Positions 16,028-26,545 of a DNA stretch of 64,000 nt are shown here, piece by piece. The notes beneath the pieces were generated by a model. The model was not told where the DNA came from. It was given only the letters and a program-made list of their open reading frames with translations, and made no database searches. The position numbers and the translations under genes were made by a program. This DNA comes from a virus. The number at the start of each line of letters is the position of its first letter. Within the stretch, counting starts at the first letter, position 1. The DNA is taken from positions 1-64,000 of IMG/VR virus record IMGVR_UViG_3300030329_006605; one strand, written 5' to 3'.

Positions 16028-16611
16028 CCTCTCATTAACTCCTTTCGAAATTTGCTTAAAAGCTCAGACATATATGGTGTTGGGGTTGATGAAGACATTC
16101 TTATTTTGCCCTTAATTTGTATGCCCGAACCAGACCTAGAAGCTCTAGATTTTTTCTCCATATAAGAACTAAAATTACTTATTCCTCTTTCTATCATTTC
16201 TATCCAGCTATTTCCACCCTCATACGGCATTTTGCCTACCGCAGAAAAATCTTTAACATTTGGAACTCTTACTGAAAATCTTTGAGATATTCCTTTGGGG
16301 GAGACTTGGGCTTTACCCGCATTAACTCTTATTGAAGCGTTTAACAAATTTCTAACTTCTGAAATAGGGTCAGACCCTTGGGGGAAACCAATAAAAGAAA
16401 ATAAATTTCCATATCCTCCAAGAGAACCGCTAAGATTTTTAGAGCTTGGACCACTATTTATTTCTTGCGTAACTGCATGGTTTTCGAAATCTTGCATTAA
16501 TTTTCTTTTTGCTATTTCAACTCTTTTTCTTCCTGCAGCCTCAAGAGATTGATTTAGTTTTCTCGACCTAGAAACTTTTTGTTGTATTTGCTTCCAATTA
16601 ATTTTAGCCAT
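16024..16611 (-). CDS. Putative neck/tail completion protein
   Basis: Basic 195-aa protein in neck-gene position. Confidence 0.45.
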   Translation of the reverse strand: MAKINWKQIQQKVSRSRKLNQSLEAAGRKRVEIAKRKLMQDFENHAVTQEINSGPSSKNLSGSLGGYGNLFSFIGFPQGSDPISEVRNLLNASIRVNAGKAQVSPKGISQRFSVRVPNVKDFSAVGKMPYEGGNSWIEMIERGISNFSSYMEKKSRASRSGSGIQIKGKIRMSSSTPTPYMSELLSKFRKELMRG

Positions 16612-17096
16612 TAACTTATCTCCTTTAGTTTAAAAATATAATAACCAGTAAATAAATGATTTATTTCAGAGTCTTCACTTATTAGACTATAAGAATGGTC
16701 TTGGACATCTATTCGTTCTACTTGTTTTCCCGTTGTTAAATAATCTTTTGTTGTTTTGTCGACCTTTATTCTTATTTCTCCTTCAGGTACAAAAGCTCTA
16801 ATGTCTGAGCCTACTTCTAAATCTTGGTTTGCTTTTTTAGGATACCAAACCAAAGCATGGAATACGGAAGACTCTGGTTCATACGCATAGTTTTTTGATG
16901 ACAGCCCACCCATACCACCAGTAATATCCGAATGGCTACTTTCTTCTCCGTAGCCATATAAAAAAGATATGTCAATGTTTTCTATAACCTTTTTTGGAGA
17001 CTTATGAACGGTTATTTGTCTTTTGAAAGTGTCAAAGAAATCATCATACGCAGAGCGTAGTGCCGCCTTCTCTGATTCTGGTATTAAGCTCGCCAT
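16611..17096 (-). CDS. Putative head-closure protein
   Basis: Size, beta-rich C-terminus and synteny. Confidence 0.45.
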   Translation of the reverse strand: MASLIPESEKAALRSAYDDFFDTFKRQITVHKSPKKVIENIDISFLYGYGEESSHSDITGGMGGLSSKNYAYEPESSVFHALVWYPKKANQDLEVGSDIRAFVPEGEIRIKVDKTTKDYLTTGKQVERIDVQDHSYSLISEDSEINHLFTGYYIFKLKEIS

Positions 17097-17098
17097 TT

Positions 17099-17626
17099 TT
17101 AACTGGTTGTATTATCTGAAGATCTATCTGGATTTTCATGCGAATCGTCCAAACCTCCACCTATAATAGTATCATCACCCGAAACTTGAAGAGGTGTTGC
17201 ATTACCACTTTTATAAGCTATAACCAATTTTTCCAACTGAACATTTTCTTCTTTTTTTACTTGAGCCAAGGTTTTGCCAATTTCACTTCTATTTATTTTT
17301 CTAACTCTAGCGTTCATATCTGTAACTTCTATTACAGAATTCCAACTGGCTGCGCCAATAGAGTCGCGCACTAACGTATCATAATAATGAATTAAATGCA
17401 TTTTCTTTAAAATAGAAACTTCGTTACGGCCAATCTCCGTAGTTACACTATCGACAGTTTCTTCTATCTCGTGGCTTGCATTAAGAACAAAAGAGGTATT
17501 AATTAGGTTGTTTAAAGTTCCCACATTTGTTCTTATCCAAAACGCGATTGCGGGAACACTCAGGTTCGTAGGTGAACCTAGCTCTGTAAATATTTCGTGG
17601 GATATGTCGGTAATCTTCATACGCAT
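17099..17626 (-). CDS. Putative head-tail adaptor
   Basis: Helical 175-aa protein, first gene of the neck cluster. Confidence 0.45.
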   Translation of the reverse strand: MRMKITDISHEIFTELGSPTNLSVPAIAFWIRTNVGTLNNLINTSFVLNASHEIEETVDSVTTEIGRNEVSILKKMHLIHYYDTLVRDSIGAASWNSVIEVTDMNARVRKINRSEIGKTLAQVKKEENVQLEKLVIAYKSGNATPLQVSGDDTIIGGGLDDSHENPDRSSDNTTS

Positions 17627-17630
17627 TTAA

Positions 17631-18488
17631 TTACACAATATATCCGTTATCTTGCATTTCTTTATAAGTTTGTTCGCACATTTTTTCTAGCTTCTCAACG
17701 GGTTGCCATTCCTTAAAATGGTCTATAATAGGGGTTACGTCCATATCTGTTTCTAAAAAACCTATAAAATAGTTTCTTATTTTATTATCCATAGTTAAAA
17801 CATACTTCACTCCGTCGGGTCTCCCAAATCTATGGCACCACCTTAAAAATGGTAAACACATAGCCTTGTGCCCCGCTTTTCTGTATTTTTCATGGATACA
17901 TCCTTCTTCCGCGCCGAAACCTCTGTATAGCTTATTGAACCCCAGCCAAGCGTCTTTCCTTGATGAAAATACACCCATACCCTGCATTGGTATTTCGAAT
18001 GGGTCTGAGTCAGCGGTAATCCCCTTTTTGTCTGTAGCCCATATCCCCCACATTTGATCTCTCCATATAGGGTCAAAGTGGGTTGATAAATTTTTTAGAT
18101 CGTCATAAACAAGGGGGCCTTGGTATAAATTATTCGTTTCAGGATTCTGTTCGTACATATCCAACAACCTTTTTAAAGCTCCCGTCTCAAACATCACGTG
18201 CCCATCCATACAAACGACATATGGCGCGCTTGCATTTTCGAAAACTTGATTCTTTGAATTTGCTGGCCCAATCGATTCTTTATAAGGTATATACTTGAGA
18301 TTCGGAACCCAATTTTTAAAATCTTGAACCGCTTTTCCATGCGGTCCGTCTGGATTATTATCAATAACCAGAAGCTCTGCTACATCCATTATCTCCGGGT
18401 GGTACATTCTCAAAGACATTATTGAAAAATATACCCCATGGAAATCATCATAAGTAGGCATTCCAATGGTTATCTTGGGTTTGGGCAT
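17631..18488 (-). CDS. Glycosyltransferase family 2
   Basis: ITIGMPTY, LLVIDN, GPANSKN, VVCMDGH and GFGAEEG are GT-A fold motifs. Confidence 0.85.
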   Translation of the reverse strand: MPKPKITIGMPTYDDFHGVYFSIMSLRMYHPEIMDVAELLVIDNNPDGPHGKAVQDFKNWVPNLKYIPYKESIGPANSKNQVFENASAPYVVCMDGHVMFETGALKRLLDMYEQNPETNNLYQGPLVYDDLKNLSTHFDPIWRDQMWGIWATDKKGITADSDPFEIPMQGMGVFSSRKDAWLGFNKLYRGFGAEEGCIHEKYRKAGHKAMCLPFLRWCHRFGRPDGVKYVLTMDNKIRNYFIGFLETDMDVTPIIDHFKEWQPVEKLEKMCEQTYKEMQDNGYIV

Positions 18489-18491
18489 ATA

Positions 18492-19085
18492 TTATGATTG
18501 TTTTTGGCTGTTTATTTTTCCAAGGTTTTTTCTGTATTCGAAAGTGGCTTCTTGGTCTTCTAGCCACATTAGTAAATTATCCTGATCTATAGTATAGCCG
18601 TTTTTAATATATTTTAATAATCTTCTATTGTTGACCCTTGGTCGTCTGTCTCGGATAGAGTTCCTTACTAAGGTTTTGCTTTTTATATGATTTTCGAAAT
18701 CAGAATGACAAACAAATTCCCCTTTATTATCTAAAGCAGCCATTCCTATCGTGAAATCAAATAATTTAATCATTTCTTCTGGGGTTTTTGCATTAGCTAA
18801 AGATTCGTCAGAGTCAGACCAGCAAAGCATGTCGTAGTAATTATCTTTGTATATGTATTTTTCTCCTCGCGGTAAATCTTTAACTTTTTGCGCTCCAGAT
18901 TCTAGTAGTCTTTTTTGGGCCATTTCCCTGTCTTCGTGACTAATAAAGAAGAAGTCGTAATCTTTTAGATTTTTGCCAATAAAAAAATCATTTATTGCGC
19001 CCCCAGCAATCCAAAAATATATATCCAAACCTTCGAAAATTTCAAAGTGCGGCTGCATATGTTTTTTTAAATCATCCGAGTTCAT
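18492..19085 (-). CDS. Nucleotidyltransferase (CCA-adding/poly(A) polymerase head-like)
   Basis: IAGGAIND...KDYDFF (GG..D.D) and FDFTIGMAA (RDFT-like). Confidence 0.75.
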   Translation of the reverse strand: MNSDDLKKHMQPHFEIFEGLDIYFWIAGGAINDFFIGKNLKDYDFFFISHEDREMAQKRLLESGAQKVKDLPRGEKYIYKDNYYDMLCWSDSDESLANAKTPEEMIKLFDFTIGMAALDNKGEFVCHSDFENHIKSKTLVRNSIRDRRPRVNNRRLLKYIKNGYTIDQDNLLMWLEDQEATFEYRKNLGKINSQKQS

Positions 19086-20776
19086 AAGTATTTTAAATAC
19101 CTTTTGTATTCTGAGTGGTTTTCTACCATACTGTTAGTCTCTTCAGAGATTTCACCTAGATCTAAATAAGTTTTGTACCCCTTGCTTTTAGAGGTATTTT
19201 GTTTTTTCGTGGGAACATATATGTGTTGGAAGTTTTCTAGTAAGAACGAGCCAAAATTTTTGTTATTAAATTTTGCAACGTACTGTATGTCATCTACATA
19301 ATCAGGTAAAGCCCATAAACGCTGCGCTCCTTTGCTATCTAGCATACCGCGAATAAAATTATTTAAACTAATATTGTGCGGATTATTCTGTCCAGATATT
19401 CTTATTAACTGTTCTTTCAAAGGTTCTCTCAAAGCTTGAGCGCTTTTATCTTCCTCGCTCCATCTGTCCCACTGACCTTGCGCCCAAAAATATAAAGAGC
19501 ACATTATATCTTTAGGGTTTCTTGTGAACATAAACGTAAACCAGCCATTATCATTAAATTTCTTAACAGATTCCTTAGTCCAATTTATGTGATGATTATG
19601 TGTCAACGCTTCTTCTACGTCTTCTTCAGCTATTTTCAATAACTCTTCTTGCGTCCAATCTCTATTTAAAGCTCTTTTGTTGATGTGGTTAAAATCCCAC
19701 CAAGAATTAAAATGTTTTATATGCGGGAAAACATATTTTCTTATATAATGCTGGGTATAGACTCCAGCAGCTTTTCCAAAATGTACGAATGCTAATTTTT
19801 TATTGCAATTAGGATTGTACTGTTTTCTTATATAGCTATTTATAATTGGACTGTTTTTTGCTTGAGCTAAAGCGTAATCTTTGGTTTGTTTATTTAAAGC
19901 TATTAGGTGTAAATTTCTACCTGCGCTACCTAATTCAGTTATATGCGTATGAACAGATTTGGCTTTAGGTGGTAAATTTTCACCTCTCCAAAATCCTACA
20001 TTATGCTCTTTGCCGAATGTTTGTATTTTATAGTAATCGGATATTCTATTCATGCACTCCTGCTCAAAAAAACTTGAATCAGTTAAATACGAATGCCTCC
20101 AAAATTTTGGAAATCCTTTATTTGCACAAAATAAATATCCAGCATTGTAAAAACCAAACTCAAAGCCCTTATGTTGATTTTCGGTTGGGTAATAATGAGG
20201 TGACAAAACAATTTCCGCAGTAAAGTATTCTTGCAAGTTATCTAAAACTATGATATCTGTATCTAGAAAAAAAGTATTATCGTGGTGCTTTAATGCGAAA
20301 TCCATAACTTCCATCTTTTTTAATATAGAAGGCGCATGATGAATATCGTTGGCTATGCACGGGTGGCCATCGAAAACTTTTTCTTGTATCTGATTTAAGT
20401 CTTCTTTTTCGGCGCTTGTTTTAAACTTAACATTATCGCACACATTCATTTTGTTTAGGAAAACCCTAGTTTCTTTGTCACAAATAACGTAAACAGGCTC
20501 ATCGTGGAAAAGTCTTAGAGTCTTTAATAAAACTTCAGCTTCATCTTTAAGATTACCCGTGGTAACAAAACAAAAGCTTTGTATTTTATGGTATTTTTTA
20601 GGTTCGTGCTTAGGGGGTAAATTTTCTAACCAAAACTTTTTCGGACTATAGTCAAGATTTAATTGGCCTGAAACTGCGTCGTTAAACACGGAAAGGTTTT
20701 TGGGTTCAAATAAGCCTTCCCCTAGGCTACGCAAACCAATTTCTTGGTCGTTATATTTTAGTCTTGGCTTGTCCAT
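19082..20776 (-). CDS. Glycosyltransferase fused to a sulfotransferase-like domain
   Basis: N-part has FLDTDII (DxD), YNAGY and FFEQ. C-part has FVHFGKAAG and FTRNPKDIMCSLY, resembling the 5'-PSB and 3'-PB motifs. Confidence 0.7.
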   Translation of the reverse strand: MDKPRLKYNDQEIGLRSLGEGLFEPKNLSVFNDAVSGQLNLDYSPKKFWLENLPPKHEPKKYHKIQSFCFVTTGNLKDEAEVLLKTLRLFHDEPVYVICDKETRVFLNKMNVCDNVKFKTSAEKEDLNQIQEKVFDGHPCIANDIHHAPSILKKMEVMDFALKHHDNTFFLDTDIIVLDNLQEYFTAEIVLSPHYYPTENQHKGFEFGFYNAGYLFCANKGFPKFWRHSYLTDSSFFEQECMNRISDYYKIQTFGKEHNVGFWRGENLPPKAKSVHTHITELGSAGRNLHLIALNKQTKDYALAQAKNSPIINSYIRKQYNPNCNKKLAFVHFGKAAGVYTQHYIRKYVFPHIKHFNSWWDFNHINKRALNRDWTQEELLKIAEEDVEEALTHNHHINWTKESVKKFNDNGWFTFMFTRNPKDIMCSLYFWAQGQWDRWSEEDKSAQALREPLKEQLIRISGQNNPHNISLNNFIRGMLDSKGAQRLWALPDYVDDIQYVAKFNNKNFGSFLLENFQHIYVPTKKQNTSKSKGYKTYLDLGEISEETNSMVENHSEYKRYLKYL

Positions 20777-20997
20777 GATTCGCCCTTTAGTACCTCAATG
20801 ATTTCTTCGTGATTATACTCTTCTAAACCTACGGCGTCTTGGGTTATGTTAAACACAAAGCCGGGCTGCTCTCCTTCATACTTTAGTAAAAAGCGTTTTC
20901 TATCCAAAGAATAACGTAAGCTTTCTGGGTTCGTTTGTTTTACTTTTGTAAAATCAACGTATTCTAAAAATTCAGATGGTACGATTATATAGTTCAT
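20758..20997 (-). CDS. Hypothetical protein
   Basis: 79-aa ORF overlapping both neighbours. Confidence 0.6.
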   Translation of the reverse strand: MNYIIVPSEFLEYVDFTKVKQTNPESLRYSLDRKRFLLKYEGEQPGFVFNITQDAVGLEEYNHEEIIEVLKGESWTSQD

Positions 20998-21785
20998 GCT
21001 GTGTATGTAGCTCCATAAACTCTATTATTATGCATGTCATGGGATGCTAAAAAGTTTTGTCTAACTTGAGAGTTTTTAAGTTCTGAAGTATGTACATGAA
21101 CATGGCCTAATTTTACACCGTTAGTCGAGTAGTACGGGCTACTATCGTAGCTTCTACCTAGGGTTAAGGCTGAGTTCGCTGCCGTTCTCCCAAGAGAAAA
21201 AGAAGTAGAAAGTGGGGTCTGCCCATCATTCTGTATGGTTCCATTTATGTATACTTTATAGTTACCGCTCCCATCGTGAGTTAACGTAACGTAATGCCAA
21301 GCGCCAGCAGAAATCACATCCGTACCATTATAAGGTGCATAAGTTGCGCTGTTTGAGCTATAAGTAGACGAAAACACCGCCAAATAAATTGTTGATGGGT
21401 AAAATTGAAGACCAACATATTCATTGTCGCTTTCAGAACCTATACAAGAATAATAGTTTCCGTTAGAGGGGGTGTTGATCCATTGAGATACAGTAAATGC
21501 ATTTGCACAATTTATATTAAAAGCTGAACCGCCATAACCAGTAGAAGCTTCACCTAAATAATCATCTGAACCGTCAAAAGAAAAATGATGAGGAGTAGAA
21601 TTTACATGTGATATACTATTATATCTTCGAATATTATTTCCACCACTAACTTGATTATCCCAAGCGTTAGAGTCGCTTCCAATATTTGATGGGTCAAAAT
21701 TACCAATTAAATTACTAGTAATAATACCATCAGATTGTTGGCCTAGGGTTTTGTTCAAACCCGTTTTATGAACATGAATACTCAT
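20994..21785 (-). CDS. LamG/concanavalin A-like lectin domain protein (fibre-associated)
   Basis: FSFDGSDDY, FTVSQWI and WHYVTLTHDG...YKVYING. Confidence 0.85.
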   Translation of the reverse strand: MSIHVHKTGLNKTLGQQSDGIITSNLIGNFDPSNIGSDSNAWDNQVSGGNNIRRYNSISHVNSTPHHFSFDGSDDYLGEASTGYGGSAFNINCANAFTVSQWINTPSNGNYYSCIGSESDNEYVGLQFYPSTIYLAVFSSTYSSNSATYAPYNGTDVISAGAWHYVTLTHDGSGNYKVYINGTIQNDGQTPLSTSFSLGRTAANSALTLGRSYDSSPYYSTNGVKLGHVHVHTSELKNSQVRQNFLASHDMHNNRVYGATYTA

Positions 21786-21787
21786 AA

Positions 21788-24700
21788 TTAATCCTGTACT
21801 GCGTAACTACAAACAACATCAGTTTCGTTTGTGCCAAAACATGTCATGCTTAATATAGCGGTTTTATTAGCAGCTATACTTGTCGGTTTTTCTCCAACAA
21901 ATACCCAACTACTATTCCAAGTAAAAGTTCTTGCGCTCCCTCCTGCAGCTATTTTAATTACTATAGATTTACCAGCGCCTTTATTAGCGGCGGCCGTATC
22001 AATTGCTACATTACCGTTTAATGTGGCTTTTTGTAGGGCGTCTTCATCGAAGTCCACGTTAATGTCTGCTGTGGTTCCATAGTCATGAACTGAAGTGTGT
22101 AAATTACCGGTAAGAACTAATTTAGAACCATCAAAAGTCAAATTAGCTTCTGCGTCTAACTGTGAAGTTGTAGAAGCAACGGTCACTAATTCATTTTCGG
22201 TGGCATTATTTATGGTCGCTGTTGAACCTTGGTGACCTTGGTGGCCTTGTGCTCCGTTTGTACCGTCTGTACCATCGCTACCAGCATTACCTTGATGACC
22301 TTGGTGGCCTTGGTGACCTTGGTGACCTTGGTGGCCTTGTGCTCCGTCGTTACCGTCGCTTCCTGAGCCCCCTGTTGCTCCAGTATTACCTTGGTGGCCT
22401 TGATGGCCTTGTGCTCCGTCGTTACCGTCGCTTCCTGAGCCCCCTGTTGCTCCAGTATTACCTTGGTGGCCTTGATGGCCTTGATGGCCTTGATGGCCTT
22501 GGTGGCCTTGATGACCTTGGTGGCCTTGGTGACCTTGGTGACCTTGGTGGCCTTGTGCTCCGTCGTTACCGTCGCTTCCTGAGCCCCCTGTTGCTCCAGT
22601 ATTACCTTGGTGGCCTTGATGGCCTTGTGCTCCATCGTCGCCGTCGTTTCCTGCGCCCCCTGTTGCTCCAGTATTACCTTGGTGGCCTTGATGGCCTTGA
22701 GCGCCTATATTACCCGTGCGACTAAAAGCTACACCGACAGTGTCATTATTTGCTAGACTGCTTACATTGCTTGCTACGTGAGATACTGGAATTTTCCAGT
22801 AACCACTACCATCAGTTAAAGCTCCCGTAACATTAAATATTGCTGTTTGACTTGCGTCACCGAGTTCATTAATGGTAATTGTTCCGCGCAAAGATGTAGT
22901 GGTGCTGTCATCAAACATTTTAATCCACTCTTCTATATTTGCGCTATTAGCATTTACGTCATCAATATATAAAACAGTTATTGAAGAGACCGTAGAATTA
23001 TTACCCCAAATATCGCCAGCGTCTTGATCGGAATCGCTTGTAGCTGTATTCCAATTAAATAATTGTCCCGCAGAAGTCCCTGTGTGGCCTTGGGCTCCAC
23101 TAATTGATTTCCAAGCTATACCGGCTGCAGCAGACGAATCTGCGGTAAGTACATAATCATCTGTCCCGACCGCTAATCTAGTTTGTGAAGTTGTATACGC
23201 TTCCAAATCCCCTTTGGTAGTTAAATTTCCTCCGCTAGCGCCCCCAGTGGCACCTTGATGACCTTGATTACCTTGTGCTCCAGAGCCTGTTTGACCTTGG
23301 TGCCCTTGGTGACCTTGTGCTCCGTCATTACCGTCACTACCCGTAGTCCCTGCGTTGCCTTGATGCCCTTGGTGGCCTTGATACCCTTGGTGCCCTTGGT
23401 GACCTTGTGCTCCATCGTCGCCGTCGTTTCCTGCGCCCCCTGTTGCTCCAGTATTACCTTGGTGGCCTTGGTGGCCTTGTGCTCCAGAGCCTGTTTGACC
23501 TTGGTGCCCTTGGTTGCCTTGATGACCTTGGTTACCCTGAGCGCCAGTCCCTGCGGCTCCTTGGTGCCCTTGGGCGCCCGTGTTGCCATCGCTACCCGTT
23601 GCTCCAGTATTACCTTGATGACCTTGGTACCCCTGTAGTCCTTGAAACCCTTGATCTCCTTGATACCCCGCGCCAGTATTACCTTGGTAACCCTGCATGC
23701 CAATTGAACCTTGTCCGCCATCATCGCCCTGATGCCCTTGAGCACCACCCATGCCTTGGAGGCCTTGGTTCCCTTGGTGTCCTTGATACCCCTGATGCCC
23801 CCTAACTGTGCTATCTGCGCCTGTGCTACCTTGATGACCTTGGTGCCCTTGGTATCCCTTATCTCCAGCCATCGTAAACGAGAAAAGTATATCATCATTA
23901 TTTGAAAATGAACCATTATGATTTACGTATGTTACTTCTGCCTTTTTGCTTAATTCTAAAACTGCTCCGCTAACGTCAGACGAAATAGCAAGTTGTGAAG
24001 TTAAATCTTCATCTGTATATAAGTAAAAGGTGGTTCCACCCGATGGATTACCTACATAATATATTGACCCCACCGTTGGACCTACACCAGAAGACATAGA
24101 CACAAGATAAACTGATTCTCCAGAAGATAAATTATGACTACTCACGCTCCATTGATTATTAGAACTATTAGCAGAAACGGAATTTAATCTAAGGTCTGTA
24201 CCACCCGAAGTTATATTAAAAACTGCATATGTATTAGGATCATTTTCTTTAATTAATTTAAGCCTTCCCCTAACTGGATTAGTGGTATTATTATCCAAAG
24301 AGTTTATCCAAGGTATAACATTAACATTATTTTTGTTTAAAATATCTGCATAAAAATCTCCCGTTGTAAACAGGTCCCAACTCGCTGTGTTGGTTGGGGC
24401 GGTTCCCTGTAATCCATTTGATTTAGCTATATAAACAAAACCCTGATAATCTACTACATCATATTGATTATAGGTTGTTGAGCTATCATAATCTCCTTCA
24501 AAAACAAAACTGTATTTTATTTTACCATTTCCGGGGTCAGTGTCAGCGGTGGTAGATGTATTAAATTTATAAGGTTGACTATCACCAGTGTGTGTGCCTT
24601 GGTACCCTTGAACACCCGTATCACCTTGATGACCTTGGTTTCCTTGGTGTCCTTGGTCACCTTGATGACCTTGATGCCCTTGGTGTCCTTGGTTGCCTTG

Positions 24701-26173
24701 GTTACCCTGATTACCAGTGTTTCCAACATTACCTTGGTGACCTTGATAACCTTGTGACCCTGTTGGTCCTGCTGGACCAGTGCCTCCGATATTACCCTGA
24801 GGCCCAACAATACCCTGATCGCCTTGGTGTCCTTGATTTCCTTGGTGGCCTTGATGCCCTTGGTGCCCTTGGTGGCCTTGGTGGCCTTGTACTCCGTCTG
24901 TACCGTCTGTACCAGCACTACCTTGATGTCCCTGATGACCTTGATGCCCCTGATGACCTTGATGCCCTTGGTTACCTTGAGGACCAGCAACCGTGCTGTC
25001 TGCGCCTGTGCTACCTTGGTGCCCTTGATGACCTTGGTGCCCCTGATGACCTTGAGCACCGGTTTGTCCAACATTAATTAAAAACCCATCAAACTGGGCA
25101 TCGATTGTTTGATTTGCCCCATGAGAATACTCAACATTCTTAAAGACAAACCAAACTTCAAAATGATCCGTTGAACCATTAGCTTCTACTATACCTTTGG
25201 TTTCTACTGATGCGTGATTAACGTGTCCCGCGTCAGGTGCAGTATAATAATTTTGCGCCACAATTGTCCCCGATGGGGCGGTGGTTGTTCCACTGGTTGT
25301 TCCCGTTTCATTTTTTATGATACGAACTTCAATGTATTGACCCATGCCACCGTAATTCGGGCTAGAGTATATAGCATTCCCGCCTATTTTAGCGTGAAGA
25401 TTGTATTTGCCTGCTGTAGTTGGAGTAAATCTACTTGTGCTAACGTCATAGTTTGAAGCGGTATCAATTAACTCGTTGTCGATGTCAGCCTTATGCCACA
25501 ACGGGCAGCCATTATTCGAGCAGTTAGTCGTGTTATCTGAAAAGTTATATGTAGTAGAAGTATTTTCATCAGCAGAGAAAACAACGTCTGGTCCAGTTGT
25601 TCCTGTTTGACCTTGGTACCCTTGAACTCCCGTGGTCCCTTGATTTCCTTGGTGACCTTGGTGACCTTGGTGGCCCTGATGACCTTGGTAGCCTTGAGGA
25701 CCAGCAACCGTACTGTCTGCGCCTGTGCTACCTTGGTGACCTTGATTACCTGTTCCGCCGGGGAGTCCTTGCGCACCTACGGAACCTGTGGCGCCCTGTG
25801 CTCCCGAACCTGTTTGACCTTGATGACCTTGGGGACCAGCCACAGTACTATCTGCTCCAGTATGACCTTGATGACCTTGAACACCCGTACTCCCTTGGTA
25901 GCCCTGAAAAACTGCACCACCAGATAACCCTTGGTGACCTTGGTGGCCTTGAACTCCCGGAACCGTACTGTCCGCTCCTTGAGCGCCTTGATGTCCTTGA
26001 AAGCCTCCTCCTGCGGCGCCTTGAAACCCCTGAGATCCTTGGTTCCCTTGTGCGCCTATTGTAACATTACCTGACGCCGTACCTACTTGATCGCCGGAAG
26101 TTACTACTCCGCCAGACACAGTAATATCCTGTGTTGAGCCCCCTCCAGTTACATTGATGTCGTCGGTCGCCAT
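21788..26173 (-). CDS. Collagen-like tail/head fibre protein (Gly-X-Gln repeats)
   Basis: 1461 aa with four long GHQ/GNQ/GAQ triplet blocks separated by globular domains. Confidence 0.9.
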   Translation of the reverse strand: MATDDINVTGGGSTQDITVSGGVVTSGDQVGTASGNVTIGAQGNQGSQGFQGAAGGGFQGHQGAQGADSTVPGVQGHQGHQGLSGGAVFQGYQGSTGVQGHQGHTGADSTVAGPQGHQGQTGSGAQGATGSVGAQGLPGGTGNQGHQGSTGADSTVAGPQGYQGHQGHQGHQGHQGNQGTTGVQGYQGQTGTTGPDVVFSADENTSTTYNFSDNTTNCSNNGCPLWHKADIDNELIDTASNYDVSTSRFTPTTAGKYNLHAKIGGNAIYSSPNYGGMGQYIEVRIIKNETGTTSGTTTAPSGTIVAQNYYTAPDAGHVNHASVETKGIVEANGSTDHFEVWFVFKNVEYSHGANQTIDAQFDGFLINVGQTGAQGHQGHQGHQGHQGSTGADSTVAGPQGNQGHQGHQGHQGHQGHQGSAGTDGTDGVQGHQGHQGHQGHQGHQGNQGHQGDQGIVGPQGNIGGTGPAGPTGSQGYQGHQGNVGNTGNQGNQGNQGHQGHQGHQGDQGHQGNQGHQGDTGVQGYQGTHTGDSQPYKFNTSTTADTDPGNGKIKYSFVFEGDYDSSTTYNQYDVVDYQGFVYIAKSNGLQGTAPTNTASWDLFTTGDFYADILNKNNVNVIPWINSLDNNTTNPVRGRLKLIKENDPNTYAVFNITSGGTDLRLNSVSANSSNNQWSVSSHNLSSGESVYLVSMSSGVGPTVGSIYYVGNPSGGTTFYLYTDEDLTSQLAISSDVSGAVLELSKKAEVTYVNHNGSFSNNDDILFSFTMAGDKGYQGHQGHQGSTGADSTVRGHQGYQGHQGNQGLQGMGGAQGHQGDDGGQGSIGMQGYQGNTGAGYQGDQGFQGLQGYQGHQGNTGATGSDGNTGAQGHQGAAGTGAQGNQGHQGNQGHQGQTGSGAQGHQGHQGNTGATGGAGNDGDDGAQGHQGHQGYQGHQGHQGNAGTTGSDGNDGAQGHQGHQGQTGSGAQGNQGHQGATGGASGGNLTTKGDLEAYTTSQTRLAVGTDDYVLTADSSAAAGIAWKSISGAQGHTGTSAGQLFNWNTATSDSDQDAGDIWGNNSTVSSITVLYIDDVNANSANIEEWIKMFDDSTTTSLRGTITINELGDASQTAIFNVTGALTDGSGYWKIPVSHVASNVSSLANNDTVGVAFSRTGNIGAQGHQGHQGNTGATGGAGNDGDDGAQGHQGHQGNTGATGGSGSDGNDGAQGHQGHQGHQGHQGHQGHQGHQGHQGHQGHQGNTGATGGSGSDGNDGAQGHQGHQGNTGATGGSGSDGNDGAQGHQGHQGHQGHQGHQGNAGSDGTDGTNGAQGHQGHQGSTATINNATENELVTVASTTSQLDAEANLTFDGSKLVLTGNLHTSVHDYGTTADINVDFDEDALQKATLNGNVAIDTAAANKGAGKSIVIKIAAGGSARTFTWNSSWVFVGEKPTSIAANKTAILSMTCFGTNETDVVCSYAVQD

Positions 26174-26177
26174 GATA

Positions 26178-26504
26178 TTATGTGGTTACTTCTGGACTAA
26201 TAAGCACTTTTCCAGACAAAAGAGCTTCCGCATCATATGCGTTTGAGTATTTTTCAATATCATAAACTCCTATACCTACAGGTAAATTAGCGGTTTGTGC
26301 GGAGGTTAAGGTTATTGTAACCTTATTACCGTCAACCGTGGGAGAAAAAGATACTAATGGTGAAGTATCAGAATATCTGAGTTTTATAGAACCCCTCACC
26401 GTAAAACCGGTGAAATCCATTGGGGTTCCGTCAGCATTACTTAAATTAATATTAAAGCTTGCTGTAGATCCTTGAGTAACATTTAAATTATAAGTGGACG
26501 CCAT
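26178..26504 (-). CDS. Small beta-sandwich virion protein (BppU N-terminal/LtfC-like)
   Basis: YNLNVTQGST...DFTGFT...LTSAQTANL...VYDIE pattern. Confidence 0.6.
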   Translation of the reverse strand: MASTYNLNVTQGSTASFNINLSNADGTPMDFTGFTVRGSIKLRYSDTSPLVSFSPTVDGNKVTITLTSAQTANLPVGIGVYDIEKYSNAYDAEALLSGKVLISPEVTT

Positions 26505-26545
26505 ATTAATTATTTACACTGGATAGCGCCCAGAAATAAAAAAAA

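Noticed and set aside
22210-26064. Alternative-frame ORFs with KVTKAT/LGGLGD/TLVP repeats
   Set aside because: Frame shadows of the Gly-X-Gln collagen repeats.
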